From positions 9,629-73,628 of the forward strand of contig JARKSP010000102.1 of assembly GCA_029974225.1 (NCBI GenBank): a stretch of DNA of 64,000 bases, in the 5' to 3' direction. Source of the DNA: Erysipelotrichaceae bacterium (GTDB lineage Bacteria > Bacillota_I > Bacilli_A > Erysipelotrichales > Erysipelotrichaceae). Of the stretch, positions 10,483-21,201 are shown in pieces. The notes under the pieces are model-generated. The model did no database searches and was not told the origin of the DNA. It saw only the letters and a list, made by a program, of their open reading frames with translations. The position numbers and the translations under genes were made by a program. Numbering within the stretch: the stretch's first letter is position 1; every line of letters starts with the position of its first letter.

Positions 10483-11530
10483 ATGCGGTCAGTTAGCTGG
10501 TTTTCTCTTTCGATTGTCAATCCAATATTCACTGAAAACAAAATAGTTAAGGCTAAAACAGAAGATGATTCTATCACATTTGTGAATATTGTTCTTGGAT
10601 TAATGCAGATTAGTAATATTGATTTATATATTACGGTTAGTAATTCAAAATTTCTAAGTAAAGATATTATGACTGATTTTAGAGATAGAGGAGATGAAAT
10701 AAATGTTCAGCCATTATCGTTTTTAGAATACGTTAATGCAATAAACCCTGATAATATAAGTTATGCACTAAATGAATACATGATGTATGGTGGAATACCT
10801 TTAGTTTTATCGTTCAATTATGATTAGAGAAAAAAAGAGTATTTAAAGAATTTATTTAATCTTACTTAGCACAAAGATGTAAAAGAAAGAAATGGTATCA
10901 GAAAACCAAAAGAATTGTAAACACTGACCAGAGTGTTAGCAAGTAATGTTGGCAGTTTGATTAATTCTAAAAAAAATCCGATACTTTTATTTCGAAGGAA
11001 AAAACAAAGGTTGACCCGGATACAATAAATTCTTGGCTTGATTACTTAGAGTAGGCTTTTATTATTGAAAAAGTAAGTCGCTTTGACATTAGAGGGAAAA
11101 ACACATTGGTGCTGTTTATAAATATTACTTTGCGGATTCTGGTATAAGAAATGCAAGACTCGATTTTTACCTAGAGATGATGGTCATGTTATGGAGAATA
11201 TAATCTATAATGAGCTGATAAGAAGGGGATTTTCGGTACAAGTTGGGATTGTAGAAGTTTATTGTAAAGACAGTAACAATAAAACTCAGCGTTTCTTTTT
11301 AGAAATTTACTTTGTAGCTTCTTTAGGAAGTAGATATTATTACATAAAGTCAGCTTATAGAATGGATAAAGAAGAAAAAAAAGACAGGAACAAAGAGCAT
11401 TAGTTAATATTGAAGATTCTTTTAAAAAAATTGTCACAAGAGAATCTGTTCCAATAAGAAGAGATGAAGATGGAATTATGTATATAGGTTTAAAACAGTT
11501 TCTGCTGAATGAAAACAGTTTAGATTTATA
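10483..11530 (+). pseudogene. degraded ATPase gene (AAA + DUF4143 / COG1373-like), 5'-truncated with several frameshifts and stops
   Basis: Family-like segments are scattered over three frames: DLYITVSNSKFLSKDI...PLSFLEY; NGIRKPKEL; VGSLINSKK; HVMENIIYNELIRRGFSVQVG; and a C-terminal ...DSFKKIVTRESVPIRRDEDGIMYIGLKQFLLNE. The Walker A region is missing. Confidence 0.65.
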
Positions 11531-11537
11531 AACTAAT

Positions 11538-11569
11538 AAACGCACCGATTGGTGCGTTTGTGCTTTTTT
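11538..11569. terminator. hairpin between the pseudogene and the tmRNA 3' end
   Basis: AAACGCACC-GATT-GGTGCGTTT. A T-run follows on the plus strand, and the hairpin abuts the tmRNA CCA end on the minus strand. Confidence 0.6.
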
Positions 11570-11922
11570 TGGTGGAGGCGAGGGGGATCGAACCCCTGTC
11601 CAAAACGAGTCCCACATTCAGATGTCTACAGTTTAGTCCATTATAAGTTACAGGAAGATAGTAATGGACGCCTAAACTTGCCTGTTTACTCAATTGATCT
11701 TCGGTTTCAATTATTGAGGATCTTATCAACCTATCCAGTGTGTATCACACCAATCCCTAGCCCAATGGAGTAACTAGGGTTGATGGCCGCAGCCATTATT
11801 GGCTAATTAAGCAGCAAATACTAATTGACGATTGTCAGTTATATTTAGTTTCTGTTTGTTAGGTAAACAACACCACTGCAACCCGAATCCAACCGCGCCC
11901 TGTCGAATACCAGAACGCCCCC
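11570..11922 (-). ncRNA. ssrA: transfer-messenger RNA (tmRNA)
   Basis: The minus strand reads 5'-GGGGGCGUUCUGGUAUUCGACAGGG...GGACAGGGGUUCGAUCCCCCUCGCCUCCACCA-3'. There is a 7-bp acceptor stem with a G3:U pair, a T-arm and a CCA end. The internal tag reading frame ends ...CGU CAA UUA GUA UUU GCU GCU UAA (..RQLVFAA*). Confidence 0.9.
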
Positions 11923-11975
11923 AGATGGAATACTATTCTAAAATAATTATACACCATTGTCAAATAAAAGTTAAC

Positions 11976-12716
11976 TTACCAGTTGACCGCAATATCCAGC
12001 TGTGTCGGATTTGTTGCGGCAAATCCTCCGGTATCACAGACAATTCCTGTCCCTAGAGAGCATTCTACCAGTGAGCCGCGAGGAAATAAGTCAAAATTGG
12101 CAGCCACCATTACATAGTCCCCCAGCATCTTCACTCCATCATCTCTAATCCAGTACTTGTCGGTATTGCCCATTCTTCTCATAATCGCCAGCACTCCATC
12201 CATATTCAGATTATAGTAGGTCTCCCGGCCGGTTGGTCCTGTAATAGCACCTAAACGGGCATTCAGAACCGGTCCTGTCCAGTTGTGATTATAGGTAGCA
12301 TCTTTCAATTCCTTGACTATCTGCATATCGGTGGTAATACTGTTGCGGTGGATATAGTATTCTTTATCCTGATATACAACTTTCCAATAGTCAAAGCTGT
12401 TTTCGCCTATTAAAATGATTTCTTCATATTTTGGCAGTTCTAATAGTTTTTCACTGTCGGAAAAAGGTTCACTTAAAAGCACAGTTCTTTCTACCAGGAC
12501 TGCGTTTTTATTGACTTCGTCAAACTCGTTTTCAAAATATATGACTCTGTCAGCAATACTCTGCTGGTCGATGCTTAGAATTTTGAAACCACCTTCATTG
12601 GGATCAACGGAATATTTAAGTTCCAGCGTATCAGATAGACTTAAAAACAGACCTATGGCCATGATTATTACCAATAATAATGTTTTAATATTTACTTCAA
12701 CTATCAAATCTATCAC
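11976..12716 (-). CDS. membrane-anchored protein with SH3-like and 3D/DPBB-like (MltA/RlpA-type) C-terminal domains; putative cell-wall enzyme
   Basis: 246-aa ORF with an N-terminal TM helix. The C-terminus VMVAANFDLFPRGSLVECSLGTGIVCDTGGF...LDIAVNW resembles the 3D-domain pattern. Confidence 0.45.
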   Translation of the reverse strand: MIDLIVEVNIKTLLLVIIMAIGLFLSLSDTLELKYSVDPNEGGFKILSIDQQSIADRVIYFENEFDEVNKNAVLVERTVLLSEPFSDSEKLLELPKYEEIILIGENSFDYWKVVYQDKEYYIHRNSITTDMQIVKELKDATYNHNWTGPVLNARLGAITGPTGRETYYNLNMDGVLAIMRRMGNTDKYWIRDDGVKMLGDYVMVAANFDLFPRGSLVECSLGTGIVCDTGGFAATNPTQLDIAVNW

Positions 12717-12762
12717 TCTTCCTTAATGAAGCCAACTCATTATAGCACAAATGTCATTTTTG

Positions 12763-14139
12763 TCATCTTTTAAAGTCCTCCAGGATTACTCTAGCCACAT
12801 GAACTCCGCTGGCTGAAGCATGAGACAGGGAATGAGTGATGCCGCTGCCATCACCAATGATGTAGAGGTTCTGATATTTTGACTGCAGGTTTGCATCAAC
12901 ACTGACTTCAAGATTATAGAATTTAACTTCAACACCATATAAAAGGGTATCATCATTGGCCATACCTGGAGCAATTTTGTCCAAGGCATAAATCATTTCA
13001 ATAATACCGTCCAGGATTCTTTTCGGCAGAACCAGACTAAGATCTCCTGGGGTGGCATTCAGTGTCGGTGTTACAAATGATTCTTTCATTCTGCTTTCGG
13101 TTGACCTTCTTCCTCTGATCAGATCGCCAAATCGCTGAACCAGCACCCCGCCACCTAACATATTAGATAGTCTGGCGATACTTTCCCCATAACCATTTGA
13201 ATCTTTAAAAGGTTCCGAAAAGCGCTTGGTTACCAGCAAGGCAAAGTTGGTGTTGCCGGTCTGTTTACCTTCGTCTTTATAACTATGACCATTAACAGTG
13301 ATTATTCCGTTGGTGTTTTCATTTACCACTACCCCTTTGGGATTCATGCAGAAAGTTCTAATCAGATCTCCATACTTTTCAGTGCGGTATAAAATCTTGC
13401 TTTCATATAGTTCATCAGTAATATGAGAAAATACTTCAGCCGGAATTTCTACTCTTACTCCAATATCAACCCTGTTATTTTTGGTTGGAATATCCAGTTT
13501 CTGACAGACTTCCTCCATCCACTTGCTGCCGACTCTTCCCACAGAAATAATACAGTATTGAGAATCATACTCTTCTTTTTCACAGATAATGCGGTAGCCA
13601 TCTTCAAGAACTTCAATTTCCAGAACCGGCTGGTTGAAGTAGAATGTCACTTTTTCCTTAAGTTCATTATATAGATTTTCTAAAACAACATAATTAACAT
13701 CTGTTCCTAAATGTCTGACTGAAGCTTCTAATAGATGCAAGTCATTCTGCATACAGATTTTTTTGAATTTACTTCCCGTGGTTGTATAAAGTCTGGTGTT
13801 GTTTCCGCCATTTTCCATATTGATATCATCAACATATTTCATCAGCTCCAAAGCTCTTTTCTTACCAATATACTCATGCAGGCTGCCGCCAAAATCATTG
13901 GTGATATTGTATTTGCCATCAGAAAAAGCTCCGGCTCCTCCAAAACCGGACATAATCGAACAGGTTTTACAGTTGATACAGTTTTTTATTTTTTCTCCAT
14001 CAATTGGACATTTTCTTTTGTTTAAAGTATTACCGGCTTCAAAAACAGCTACTTTCAAATCCTGATTCTTTTTGGTCAGTTCATAGGCTGAAAAGATTCC
14101 TCCAGGACCAGCTCCAATAATGATCACATCATATTTCAT
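12763..14139 (-). CDS. FAD-dependent oxidoreductase (COG2509-like)
   Basis: I prefer the ATG at 14139 (MKYDVIIIGAGPGG, a Rossmann GxGxxG), which has GGGAGG upstream. The ORF-track start at 14172 adds 11 unlikely residues. Confidence 0.75.
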   Translation of the reverse strand: MKYDVIIIGAGPGGIFSAYELTKKNQDLKVAVFEAGNTLNKRKCPIDGEKIKNCINCKTCSIMSGFGGAGAFSDGKYNITNDFGGSLHEYIGKKRALELMKYVDDINMENGGNNTRLYTTTGSKFKKICMQNDLHLLEASVRHLGTDVNYVVLENLYNELKEKVTFYFNQPVLEIEVLEDGYRIICEKEEYDSQYCIISVGRVGSKWMEEVCQKLDIPTKNNRVDIGVRVEIPAEVFSHITDELYESKILYRTEKYGDLIRTFCMNPKGVVVNENTNGIITVNGHSYKDEGKQTGNTNFALLVTKRFSEPFKDSNGYGESIARLSNMLGGGVLVQRFGDLIRGRRSTESRMKESFVTPTLNATPGDLSLVLPKRILDGIIEMIYALDKIAPGMANDDTLLYGVEVKFYNLEVSVDANLQSKYQNLYIIGDGSGITHSLSHASASGVHVARVILEDFKR

Positions 14140-14231
14140 AGACAAACCTCCCGTTTTTATCTCTATCACCATTTTAATTATAACATTTAGCCCTCGAGAT
14201 TTCAGTCAAAAGAAAAGTAGGTCTACCTACT

Positions 14232-15044
14232 TTAATCTAAAAACTCTTTGCGATAATTTAATTTAAAAGCCTTGGCCAGTTCTTTCAAATTATCATTGGT
14301 AATAGTATTGATTCTTTTCAGATGAGATGTCAGCAGATAAATCCTGGCTGCTTTTTCCACTGTCTCAATCAGACCGAAAGCCTCATCCAGATCTTTTCCG
14401 ACCCCATAGATGCCATGATGAGCCCAGATTACAATGCGGTAATCTTTCATCTTTTCGGCTGTTGCCTGACCGATTTCATTAGTGCCGCAAACCATCCACG
14501 GCAGCACGCCAACTCCTTCAGGAAAAACTATAATACATTCCGTTTCAAACTGCCACAGGGTTCGAGAAAATTCCCTGTCCTCTAAAGGCAGTACATAGGT
14601 CAGGGCAATAATATTATCCGGATGACAGTGGGTGACCACTCTATTGCCTGGATCGATTTTTAATCTGGTAATATGAGTCAGCAGGTGAGCTGGAAGTTCA
14701 CTGGTAAACTTTCCCCCATCGCTGTAGCCCCATAAAAGTTGCGCTGTGGTGCCATCTTCTTTTATTCTGATAATCCCTAAACTCTCTTCTGGTTTTTTTT
14801 CAACATTTTTAAAATACTTACCGGTTCCGGTAACAATGAAATATCTGCCGATTAAATATGAAGCATCAAAACCGGTTGGTATTTCTTTAATCACCCTTGT
14901 TACATCTAAATAATCCTTGAGCTGTTCCTCTTCCAGCAGATAAGAGATATTGCCGCCATTTCTTTCATCCCAGCCCAGACGATACATATTTGAACACATC
15001 TGACATAATTCGACTACAAATGGTGCTTCTAAGATATTTTTCAT
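14232..15044 (-). CDS. rhaD: rhamnulose-1-phosphate aldolase-like class II aldolase
   Basis: Close by-eye alignment to E. coli RhaD: GWDERNGGN, IVTGTGKYFKNV, TSELPAHLLTH, HCHP.N.IALTYVL, VFPEGVGVLPWMV.GT.EIGQATAEKM. ATG at 15044 with GGAGGG upstream. Confidence 0.7.
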   Translation of the reverse strand: MKNILEAPFVVELCQMCSNMYRLGWDERNGGNISYLLEEEQLKDYLDVTRVIKEIPTGFDASYLIGRYFIVTGTGKYFKNVEKKPEESLGIIRIKEDGTTAQLLWGYSDGGKFTSELPAHLLTHITRLKIDPGNRVVTHCHPDNIIALTYVLPLEDREFSRTLWQFETECIIVFPEGVGVLPWMVCGTNEIGQATAEKMKDYRIVIWAHHGIYGVGKDLDEAFGLIETVEKAARIYLLTSHLKRINTITNDNLKELAKAFKLNYRKEFLD

Positions 15045-15096
15045 TCTTCCCTCCAAATTTTTACTTTATCAGTAATCCAATAGAATACTTTTGTTT

Positions 15097-15525
15097 TTAC
15101 TTACCGGTAGAGCCAAAACCACCCTGGCCTCTTTCTGTTTCTTTAATTTCTTCTGTTTCTTCAAATTCAACTGCTAAATAAGGCATAATTACCAGCTGAG
15201 CAATGCGATCGCCTTTACTGATAGTCTGATATTTATCAGAATCATTGTGCAGAGAAACAATTACTTCGCCGCGATAATCGGAATCAATAACTCCAACGCA
15301 GTTAGCCGGTCTTAGACCTTTGCTGGTAGCTAAACCGCTTCTGGCAAAAACACCACCAAAATAACCTTCAGGAATTTCTACTGCCAGCCCTGTCGGAACT
15401 TTAAAAGTATGATGGGGATAGATAACATCATCAATGGTTGAATACAGATCATATCCGGCGGCATAATCACTTCCTTTTGTCGGGATTATGGCCTCTTCAT
15501 TAATCTTTTTAATCCTGATTTTCAT
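15097..15525 (-). CDS. dut: dUTP diphosphatase
   Basis: 142-aa ORF with dUTPase motifs: AAGYDLYS, ARSGLA, GVIDSDYRGE, ERGQGGFGSTG. Confidence 0.9.
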   Translation of the reverse strand: MKIRIKKINEEAIIPTKGSDYAAGYDLYSTIDDVIYPHHTFKVPTGLAVEIPEGYFGGVFARSGLATSKGLRPANCVGVIDSDYRGEVIVSLHNDSDKYQTISKGDRIAQLVIMPYLAVEFEETEEIKETERGQGGFGSTGK

Positions 15526-15691
15526 CTTTTACCTCCAACTGTAGATTTTAATTTATCTGAATGATTTCAATTTTAGAAAACTTTAATCAAGTTTTCATTT
15601 CTTACAGTATCTATTATAACCCATTACCACCGAATTAAAGTACCAGTCTTTCTTTTTTTAATCTGCCTGAAACCAAAACTGCTATTCTCAT

Positions 15692-15729
15692 AAAAAAACC
15701 GCCCTGAAACTGAACAGTTTCAAAGCGGG
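15692..15729 (-). terminator. intrinsic terminator downstream of phoR
   Basis: Minus strand: CCCGCUUUGAAACUG-UUC-AGUUUCAGGGCGG followed by U7. Confidence 0.7.
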
Positions 15730-15741
15730 AAAATAATTACT

Positions 15742-17388
15742 TTAGAATATGACTGTTATTGTTGTACCCTTGCCAATCCTGCTGTCAATCCTGATTGTAC
15801 CGCCATGGTAGGCAACAGCATTTTTAACTATCGCCAGACCCAGGCCTTTACCACCGGTTTCTTTAGAATGACTCTTATCGACACGATAGAAACGTTCAAA
15901 TATACGTGACTGATGTTCTGGAGCAATACCTATGCCCTCATCAGCTACCGCCAGAACAATGCTTCCGTTTTTCTTTTTCAGATTAATTTTTACCTTGCTT
16001 CCACTTTCGCTGTAACGGATGGCATTATCGCAAAGGTTATAGATAATCTCATAAAGGTATCTGCGCATACCTTTCATCTCACATGGTTCTCCATCAACCT
16101 CAATTTTCACTTCCTTTTGCTGAGCCATTAAAGCTAGAGCCTCAACAACTTCTTTTGTTACCTCATAAAGGTCAACAACCTCCTGTTCAAGAGCATTATT
16201 TTCGTCAAGCTGTGAAAGATCGATTATATCATTGATTAGAGAAACAAGTCTGGTGGCTTCTTTTTTAATATTGTCAATGAACCTCTTGGTATCTTCCGGT
16301 TTTACCAGATCTTTTTCCAGAAGTTCTGCGCTGCCTATAATTGATTGCAGCGGAGTTTTAAGTTCATGAGAAACATTAGCTGTAAATTCTCGGCGATTGC
16401 GCTCTGCAAAGGCTTTTTCCGTAATATCAAAGGAAAGAATAACTATACCCTTAGTATTTCCCTCAGATTCAATGCGATTGAAAATAAACTGATACTCATT
16501 GCCCTTTCTTTCTTCACGCAGTTCACTATGTTTGCCCTCCAGCGCCTTTTTTATCGCCTGAGACATCCTTATACTTCGCTCAATGGATAGAAAATCACGT
16601 CCAACAGCAGAATCATCTACCTCAAAAAGCTCTTTGGCAGCCGCATTGATGCTGATTACTATACCTTCCTTATTAAGCAGAACAAGCCCTTCGTTCATGG
16701 CATCGGTTATCTGTCTGAATTCATCAGTTTTTTGATTCAGCTCCTGCATCTGTTTGGCAATTTTATGATGCTGTCTATTTATTTTATTAATCATTGGAGC
16801 CAGCTCTTCGTAATTATCATTTTCTATCAGATTTTCAATATCCATCTCATTAAGTGGCTTAACTACACTTTTTGCCATGTTATTAGCCAGAACCATGGCT
16901 AATAATAAAGCTACCAGGATGATCGATAAGACTGCTGGAAGCATTGCGAAGATCAAAACTCCCACTGTTATCTGATTCACCGAGAGACGAAGTACATTAC
17001 CGTTTTTAAGCAGTACTGCTTCATAGTAAGTCCTGTTTCCAAGTGTAGAAGAATACCTGTTACTGCTGCCTTTCCCGGTTTCCAATGCTTCAGCGATTTC
17101 TTCACGGTCAAGGTGGTTTTCCATCTGCTTAGCATCTGTCTGTGAATCGTATAAAACTACGCCATCAGGAGCAACTAAAGTCAGACGAAAATAAGAGGAA
17201 TTAAAATTATCAAAATAATCATCGCCAAATTCCTCGACGCTGGCTGCAACTATTGAAAGTTCTTCCTTCAGTCTGATAACCTGAGACTTATTGAAATGAC
17301 TATACAAAAAACTGCTGGCAACAAAAAGGCTTGTTATCAGTACAACCATTGAAGTTACAATTATGGAGCGGAATATTTTATTAGTCAT
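15742..17388 (-). CDS. phoR: phosphate-sensing histidine kinase (PhoR-type)
   Basis: 548 aa with two TM helices, a PAS-like region, the H-box FTANVSHELKTPL, and N/G boxes (DNAIRY, DEGIGI, GGKGLGLAIV). Overlaps the upstream response-regulator gene by 4 nt. Confidence 0.85.
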   Translation of the reverse strand: MTNKIFRSIIVTSMVVLITSLFVASSFLYSHFNKSQVIRLKEELSIVAASVEEFGDDYFDNFNSSYFRLTLVAPDGVVLYDSQTDAKQMENHLDREEIAEALETGKGSSNRYSSTLGNRTYYEAVLLKNGNVLRLSVNQITVGVLIFAMLPAVLSIILVALLLAMVLANNMAKSVVKPLNEMDIENLIENDNYEELAPMINKINRQHHKIAKQMQELNQKTDEFRQITDAMNEGLVLLNKEGIVISINAAAKELFEVDDSAVGRDFLSIERSIRMSQAIKKALEGKHSELREERKGNEYQFIFNRIESEGNTKGIVILSFDITEKAFAERNRREFTANVSHELKTPLQSIIGSAELLEKDLVKPEDTKRFIDNIKKEATRLVSLINDIIDLSQLDENNALEQEVVDLYEVTKEVVEALALMAQQKEVKIEVDGEPCEMKGMRRYLYEIIYNLCDNAIRYSESGSKVKINLKKKNGSIVLAVADEGIGIAPEHQSRIFERFYRVDKSHSKETGGKGLGLAIVKNAVAYHGGTIRIDSRIGKGTTITVIF

Positions 17389-18059
17389 TTCTTTCCCTCC
17401 ATACGGTAACCGACACCGATTACCGTTTCAATCCGAGAACCATGTTCCCCCAGCTTCTGGCGCAGATTTTTTATGTGCATATCAACAGTTCTTGATTCTC
17501 CCAGATAATCATGCCCCCAAACCTCTGAGAGCAGTTTTTCTCGAGAAAAAACAATTCCCGGATTTGACATAAACAGTTTCAGCAGCTCATATTCTTTGAA
17601 AGTCAGATCTATTCTTTCCTCAGAAACTGTAACAAGATGTTCTTTATCGTTAAGTACAATTTCTCCAACAGTTAAAATGTCTTCCTTATCCATTGGCTGA
17701 TAACGACGCAGCACCGCCTTTATCCGAGAAACCATCTCCATAACACCAAAAGGCTTGACCAGATAATCATCCGCACCCATATCAAGCCCTAGAATTTTAT
17801 CCATCTCTTCACCCTTAGCGGTTGCCATAATAACGGGTATTTCACGGGTTTCAGGATTTCTTCTGATTTCTTTTAAAACCGCTATCCCATCCTTGCCTGG
17901 CAGCATTATATCTAACACAATCAAATCTGGCTTTTCTGTTTTTAATGCTTCCAGCATCGAAACACCATCAGCAAAACCTCTTGCCTCAAAGCCAGTCTGT
18001 GTCAGTGTATAAACTTCGATTTCACGAATAGTATTATCATCATCAACACACCAGATCAT
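17385..18059 (-). CDS. phoP: OmpR-family response regulator (PhoP/PhoB-type)
   Basis: Receiver domain (DDD..., DLIVLDIMLPG.DG) plus a winged-helix output domain (LT.KEYELL..., VDMHIKNLRQKL). The pho-locus context supports the call. Confidence 0.85.
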   Translation of the reverse strand: MIWCVDDDNTIREIEVYTLTQTGFEARGFADGVSMLEALKTEKPDLIVLDIMLPGKDGIAVLKEIRRNPETREIPVIMATAKGEEMDKILGLDMGADDYLVKPFGVMEMVSRIKAVLRRYQPMDKEDILTVGEIVLNDKEHLVTVSEERIDLTFKEYELLKLFMSNPGIVFSREKLLSEVWGHDYLGESRTVDMHIKNLRQKLGEHGSRIETVIGVGYRMEGKK

Positions 18060-18060
18060 C

Positions 18061-18717
18061 TTATCCTCCCTGTTGGTGAATGCCTGTAACTGAGAATATT
18101 ACCCACTCGGCAATATTGGTAGCATGGTCTCCTATACGTTCAAAGTATTTTGCGATCATCAGAAGGTCTAAAGCGTATTCTCCATCATTGATGTTGTTGG
18201 CAATCATTTTAATAAGTGAAGCTTTAGCGCTGATAAACGCTTCGTCTACCAGATCATCATGTTTTAACACTTCTTTCGCTAGACTCAGATCTTCATTTAC
18301 ATAGGCATCAATGCTTCCGGTAACCATTTTGATTGTTGCTTCAGCCATAGCGCTGATGTAAATACACTCATCGCCAACTCTGCCATTAAGAGTTGCCACG
18401 ATTGCAGCAATATCCTCTGCCTGGTCGCCGATTCTTTCCATGTCAGTAATCATCTTAAGTGCAGCAGAAATAATTCGAAGGTCTTTTGCCACAGGTTGTT
18501 GCTGAAGCAGTAATTTTAAACAAATCGATTCGATTTCTCTTTCTAATTCGTCAATCTTAATCCCTTCTTCTTTTGCCCTGAGCGCTTCCTCTACATTGCC
18601 ATCAAATAATGCCTTTGTAGCCAGCGCAATTATATTCTCACATTCTGCCCCCATTTCAATCATCTTTTTTCTTAAATGATTGAGTTGCTCATCAAATCTG
18701 CTTCTCATTATTATCAC
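18061..18717 (-). CDS. phoU: phosphate signalling complex protein PhoU
   Basis: 218 aa with duplicated PhoU repeats ([11 protein letters not shown] and [12 protein letters not shown]). Confidence 0.9.
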   Translation of the reverse strand: MIIMRSRFDEQLNHLRKKMIEMGAECENIIALATKALFDGNVEEALRAKEEGIKIDELEREIESICLKLLLQQQPVAKDLRIISAALKMITDMERIGDQAEDIAAIVATLNGRVGDECIYISAMAEATIKMVTGSIDAYVNEDLSLAKEVLKHDDLVDEAFISAKASLIKMIANNINDGEYALDLLMIAKYFERIGDHATNIAEWVIFSVTGIHQQGG

Positions 18718-19469
18718 CCGAACCTTCCTGTAATATAGTCTTCAGTACGTTTATCCTTTGGATTAGAGAACATTTTATCGGTTTCCCCAAACTCTATTAA
18801 ATCTCCCAGCAAGAAGAAAGCTGTATAATCCGAGATACGTACTGCCTGTTGCATATTATGAGTCACTATAATTATAGTATACTTTTCCTTTAACTGCATT
18901 ATCAGATCTTCAATTCTTGAAGTAGAAATTGGATCCAGAGCTGATGTCGGCTCATCCATAAGCACAACTTTTGGCTCTACCGCTAAGGCACGAGCAATAC
19001 AAAGACGCTGCTGCTGCCCTCCTGAAAGACCTAGAGCACTTTTTCTAAGTCTATCTTTTACTTCATCCCAAATTGCAGCATCACGAAGAGCTTTTTCAAC
19101 AATCTCATCCAGTTTTGCCTTATTGGTGATGCCATGGGTACGCGGTCCATAGGCAACATTATCATAAATACTCATTGGGAAGGGATTAGGTTTCTGAAAC
19201 ACCATTCCAACTTCACGACGAAGTTCGTTGATATCTATATCCTTGTCATAAATGTTTTTGTTCTCGTAGCATACTTCACCTTCAATTCTGACAATCGGAA
19301 TAAGGTCATTCATGCGGTTGAGGGTTTTCAAAAATGTAGATTTACCACATCCCGAAGGACCAATCAAAGCAGTGATACTCTTTTCTGGAATATCAACAGT
19401 TATATTTTTTAAAGCCTGGTTATCTCCGTACCAGAGGCACAAATCTTTACTTGTTATTATATTACTCAT
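18714..19469 (-). CDS. pstB: phosphate ABC transporter ATP-binding protein
   Basis: Walker [10 protein letters not shown], signature LSGGQQQR, Walker [13 protein letters not shown], and the PstB-typical C-terminus YITGRFG. Confidence 0.95.
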   Translation of the reverse strand: MSNIITSKDLCLWYGDNQALKNITVDIPEKSITALIGPSGCGKSTFLKTLNRMNDLIPIVRIEGEVCYENKNIYDKDIDINELRREVGMVFQKPNPFPMSIYDNVAYGPRTHGITNKAKLDEIVEKALRDAAIWDEVKDRLRKSALGLSGGQQQRLCIARALAVEPKVVLMDEPTSALDPISTSRIEDLIMQLKEKYTIIIVTHNMQQAVRISDYTAFFLLGDLIEFGETDKMFSNPKDKRTEDYITGRFG

Positions 19470-20305
19470 ATGTTTCTCCTTTTAGCAAAGTATTTGCCTA
19501 CCATTGTTGTAGACAGGTTTATCAATAAAGTCAGTATCATCAGAATAGCGGCTATTGCAAAGGCAACAGCAAATTCGCCTTCTTCTTTGGCGTAGACATA
19601 TAGTGCAACAGTCAGAGTTGCTCCAGGACTTGTCAGTCCGGTAAAGAAGTCATTGATTGCATGAGCAAAGCCGGCGGTAAACAGCAGCGCTGCTGATTCA
19701 CCTATTATTCTTCCGATAGAAAGAATACAGCCGGTAATAACCCCATCCAGACATCCTGGCAAAACAACTGTTCGAATAACACGCCATTTCCCTGCCCCTA
19801 AGCCAAAGGCACCTTCACGATAACTTTGTGGTACCGTCTTAAGACTTTCCTGGGTTGTACGCATTACCGTTGGCAGGTTCATAATAACCAGTGTCAGGGC
19901 TCCTGCCAGTATACTTGTTCCAAAATTATTGGAAAACAGTAACATCCCTACCAGACCGTAGATAATTGATGGTATGCCCGAAAGTGTTTCAGCCGCATAT
20001 TCGATAAGTTCGACTACTTTTTTATTTAATGCATATTCGTTCAGATATACTGCTGCACCAACACCAAGTGGTAACACTACTATTAAAGTAGCAATTACGA
20101 TATAAATTGTGTTCAGAATATCAGGCAGAATGCCTATTCTGCCTGCCAGATAACTTGGCTTGGTTGATAGCAGTTCCCAGGTAATATTTGGTATACCTTT
20201 TATTAAAACATAACCAAACAGAAACAATACAAGCAATGCTGTTAGAGAGGTGCAAAAATACATTGCTCCTTTCATAATACCGATATATATTTTTCTTTTA
20301 TTCAT
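19466..20305 (-). CDS. pstA: phosphate ABC transporter permease PstA
   Basis: 279-aa multi-TM protein with an EAA-like loop ([22 protein letters not shown]). Operon position supports the call. Confidence 0.9.
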   Translation of the reverse strand: MNKRKIYIGIMKGAMYFCTSLTALLVLFLFGYVLIKGIPNITWELLSTKPSYLAGRIGILPDILNTIYIVIATLIVVLPLGVGAAVYLNEYALNKKVVELIEYAAETLSGIPSIIYGLVGMLLFSNNFGTSILAGALTLVIMNLPTVMRTTQESLKTVPQSYREGAFGLGAGKWRVIRTVVLPGCLDGVITGCILSIGRIIGESAALLFTAGFAHAINDFFTGLTSPGATLTVALYVYAKEEGEFAVAFAIAAILMILTLLINLSTTMVGKYFAKRRNI

Positions 20306-20308
20306 ATT

Positions 20309-21181
20309 CTATTTCTCCTTATCTCGCTTCAGGAAGAAATTGAGCGTAGCATTAATCAACATAATAAATATATAAAGTACCAGAGCAATCGAGAAAAGGG
20401 CATTTCTCTGCAGGCTGCCTGGACTTGAATAGGCCATCTCACTAGATACAGCTGTGGTCAGAAAACGAACACTTTGGAAAAGCGAAGGCATATTAGCCAC
20501 GTTCCCTGCTACCATCATAACAGCCATTGCTTCTCCTATGGCACGACCAACCCCTAAGACAACTGCCGCGGCAATACCACTTTTAGCAGCTGGCACTGAA
20601 ACTCGGAAAAAAGTTTCCGTCGAGCTCGCACCCAGAGCATAAGAAGCATCTTCATATTCCTTCGGTACCGCATCAAGTGACGTGATCGAAACTTTTATGA
20701 TGTTTGGAAGAATCATTATCGCTAACACGATAATCGCTGCCAGCAAGCTTGCACCATCTGGAACCTTAAAGATTTTACGAATTGCCGGAACAAGAATTAA
20801 CATGCCAACCAGACCATAAACAACTGATGGTATCCCTGCCAGCAGGTTAACTGAAGTTTCCATAATGTTTCTGACTTTTTTATTTGCCACCTTGGAAAGA
20901 TAGACAGCGGTAAAGAAACCTATAGGAACACCAATTACTATTGCCCCTGATGTTCCGTAGATACTTGTCAGAATAAACGGCAATATTCCAAACTTTGGTT
21001 CAGCTGCTGTTGATGCCCACTGTTTGCCAAATAAAAAATTAATTAAACCAATTTCTTTGATGGCCGGAAGGCCGGATATGATAAGATAAATCGTAATAAG
21101 CACGACACATCCTACAGTAATCAAACCTAAAATAAGGAATATGCCATGCACGATATCCTCAAAAATTTTATTTTTCTTCAT
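20309..21181 (-). CDS. pstC: phosphate ABC transporter permease PstC
   Basis: 290-aa multi-TM protein with the loop LDAVPKEYEDASYALGAS. Operon position supports the call. Confidence 0.9.
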   Translation of the reverse strand: MKKNKIFEDIVHGIFLILGLITVGCVVLITIYLIISGLPAIKEIGLINFLFGKQWASTAAEPKFGILPFILTSIYGTSGAIVIGVPIGFFTAVYLSKVANKKVRNIMETSVNLLAGIPSVVYGLVGMLILVPAIRKIFKVPDGASLLAAIIVLAIMILPNIIKVSITSLDAVPKEYEDASYALGASSTETFFRVSVPAAKSGIAAAVVLGVGRAIGEAMAVMMVAGNVANMPSLFQSVRFLTTAVSSEMAYSSPGSLQRNALFSIALVLYIFIMLINATLNFFLKRDKEK

Positions 21182-21201
21182 AGATCTCCCTCAATAGAAC
21201 T

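Noticed and set aside
10302-10577. 91-aa minus-strand ORF between the 438-aa gene and the ATPase pseudogene.
   Set aside because: Its C-terminal 20 codons are the reverse complement of the plus-strand terminator hairpin. It has no SD or recognisable family, and it overlaps the pseudogene 5' end.
11189-12056. Several 67-142-aa ORFs (11189-11617, 11526-11729, 11549-11773, 11832-12056) on both strands.
   Set aside because: They overlap the tmRNA gene or the frameshifted pseudogene. They read through structured-RNA sequence, so they are spurious.
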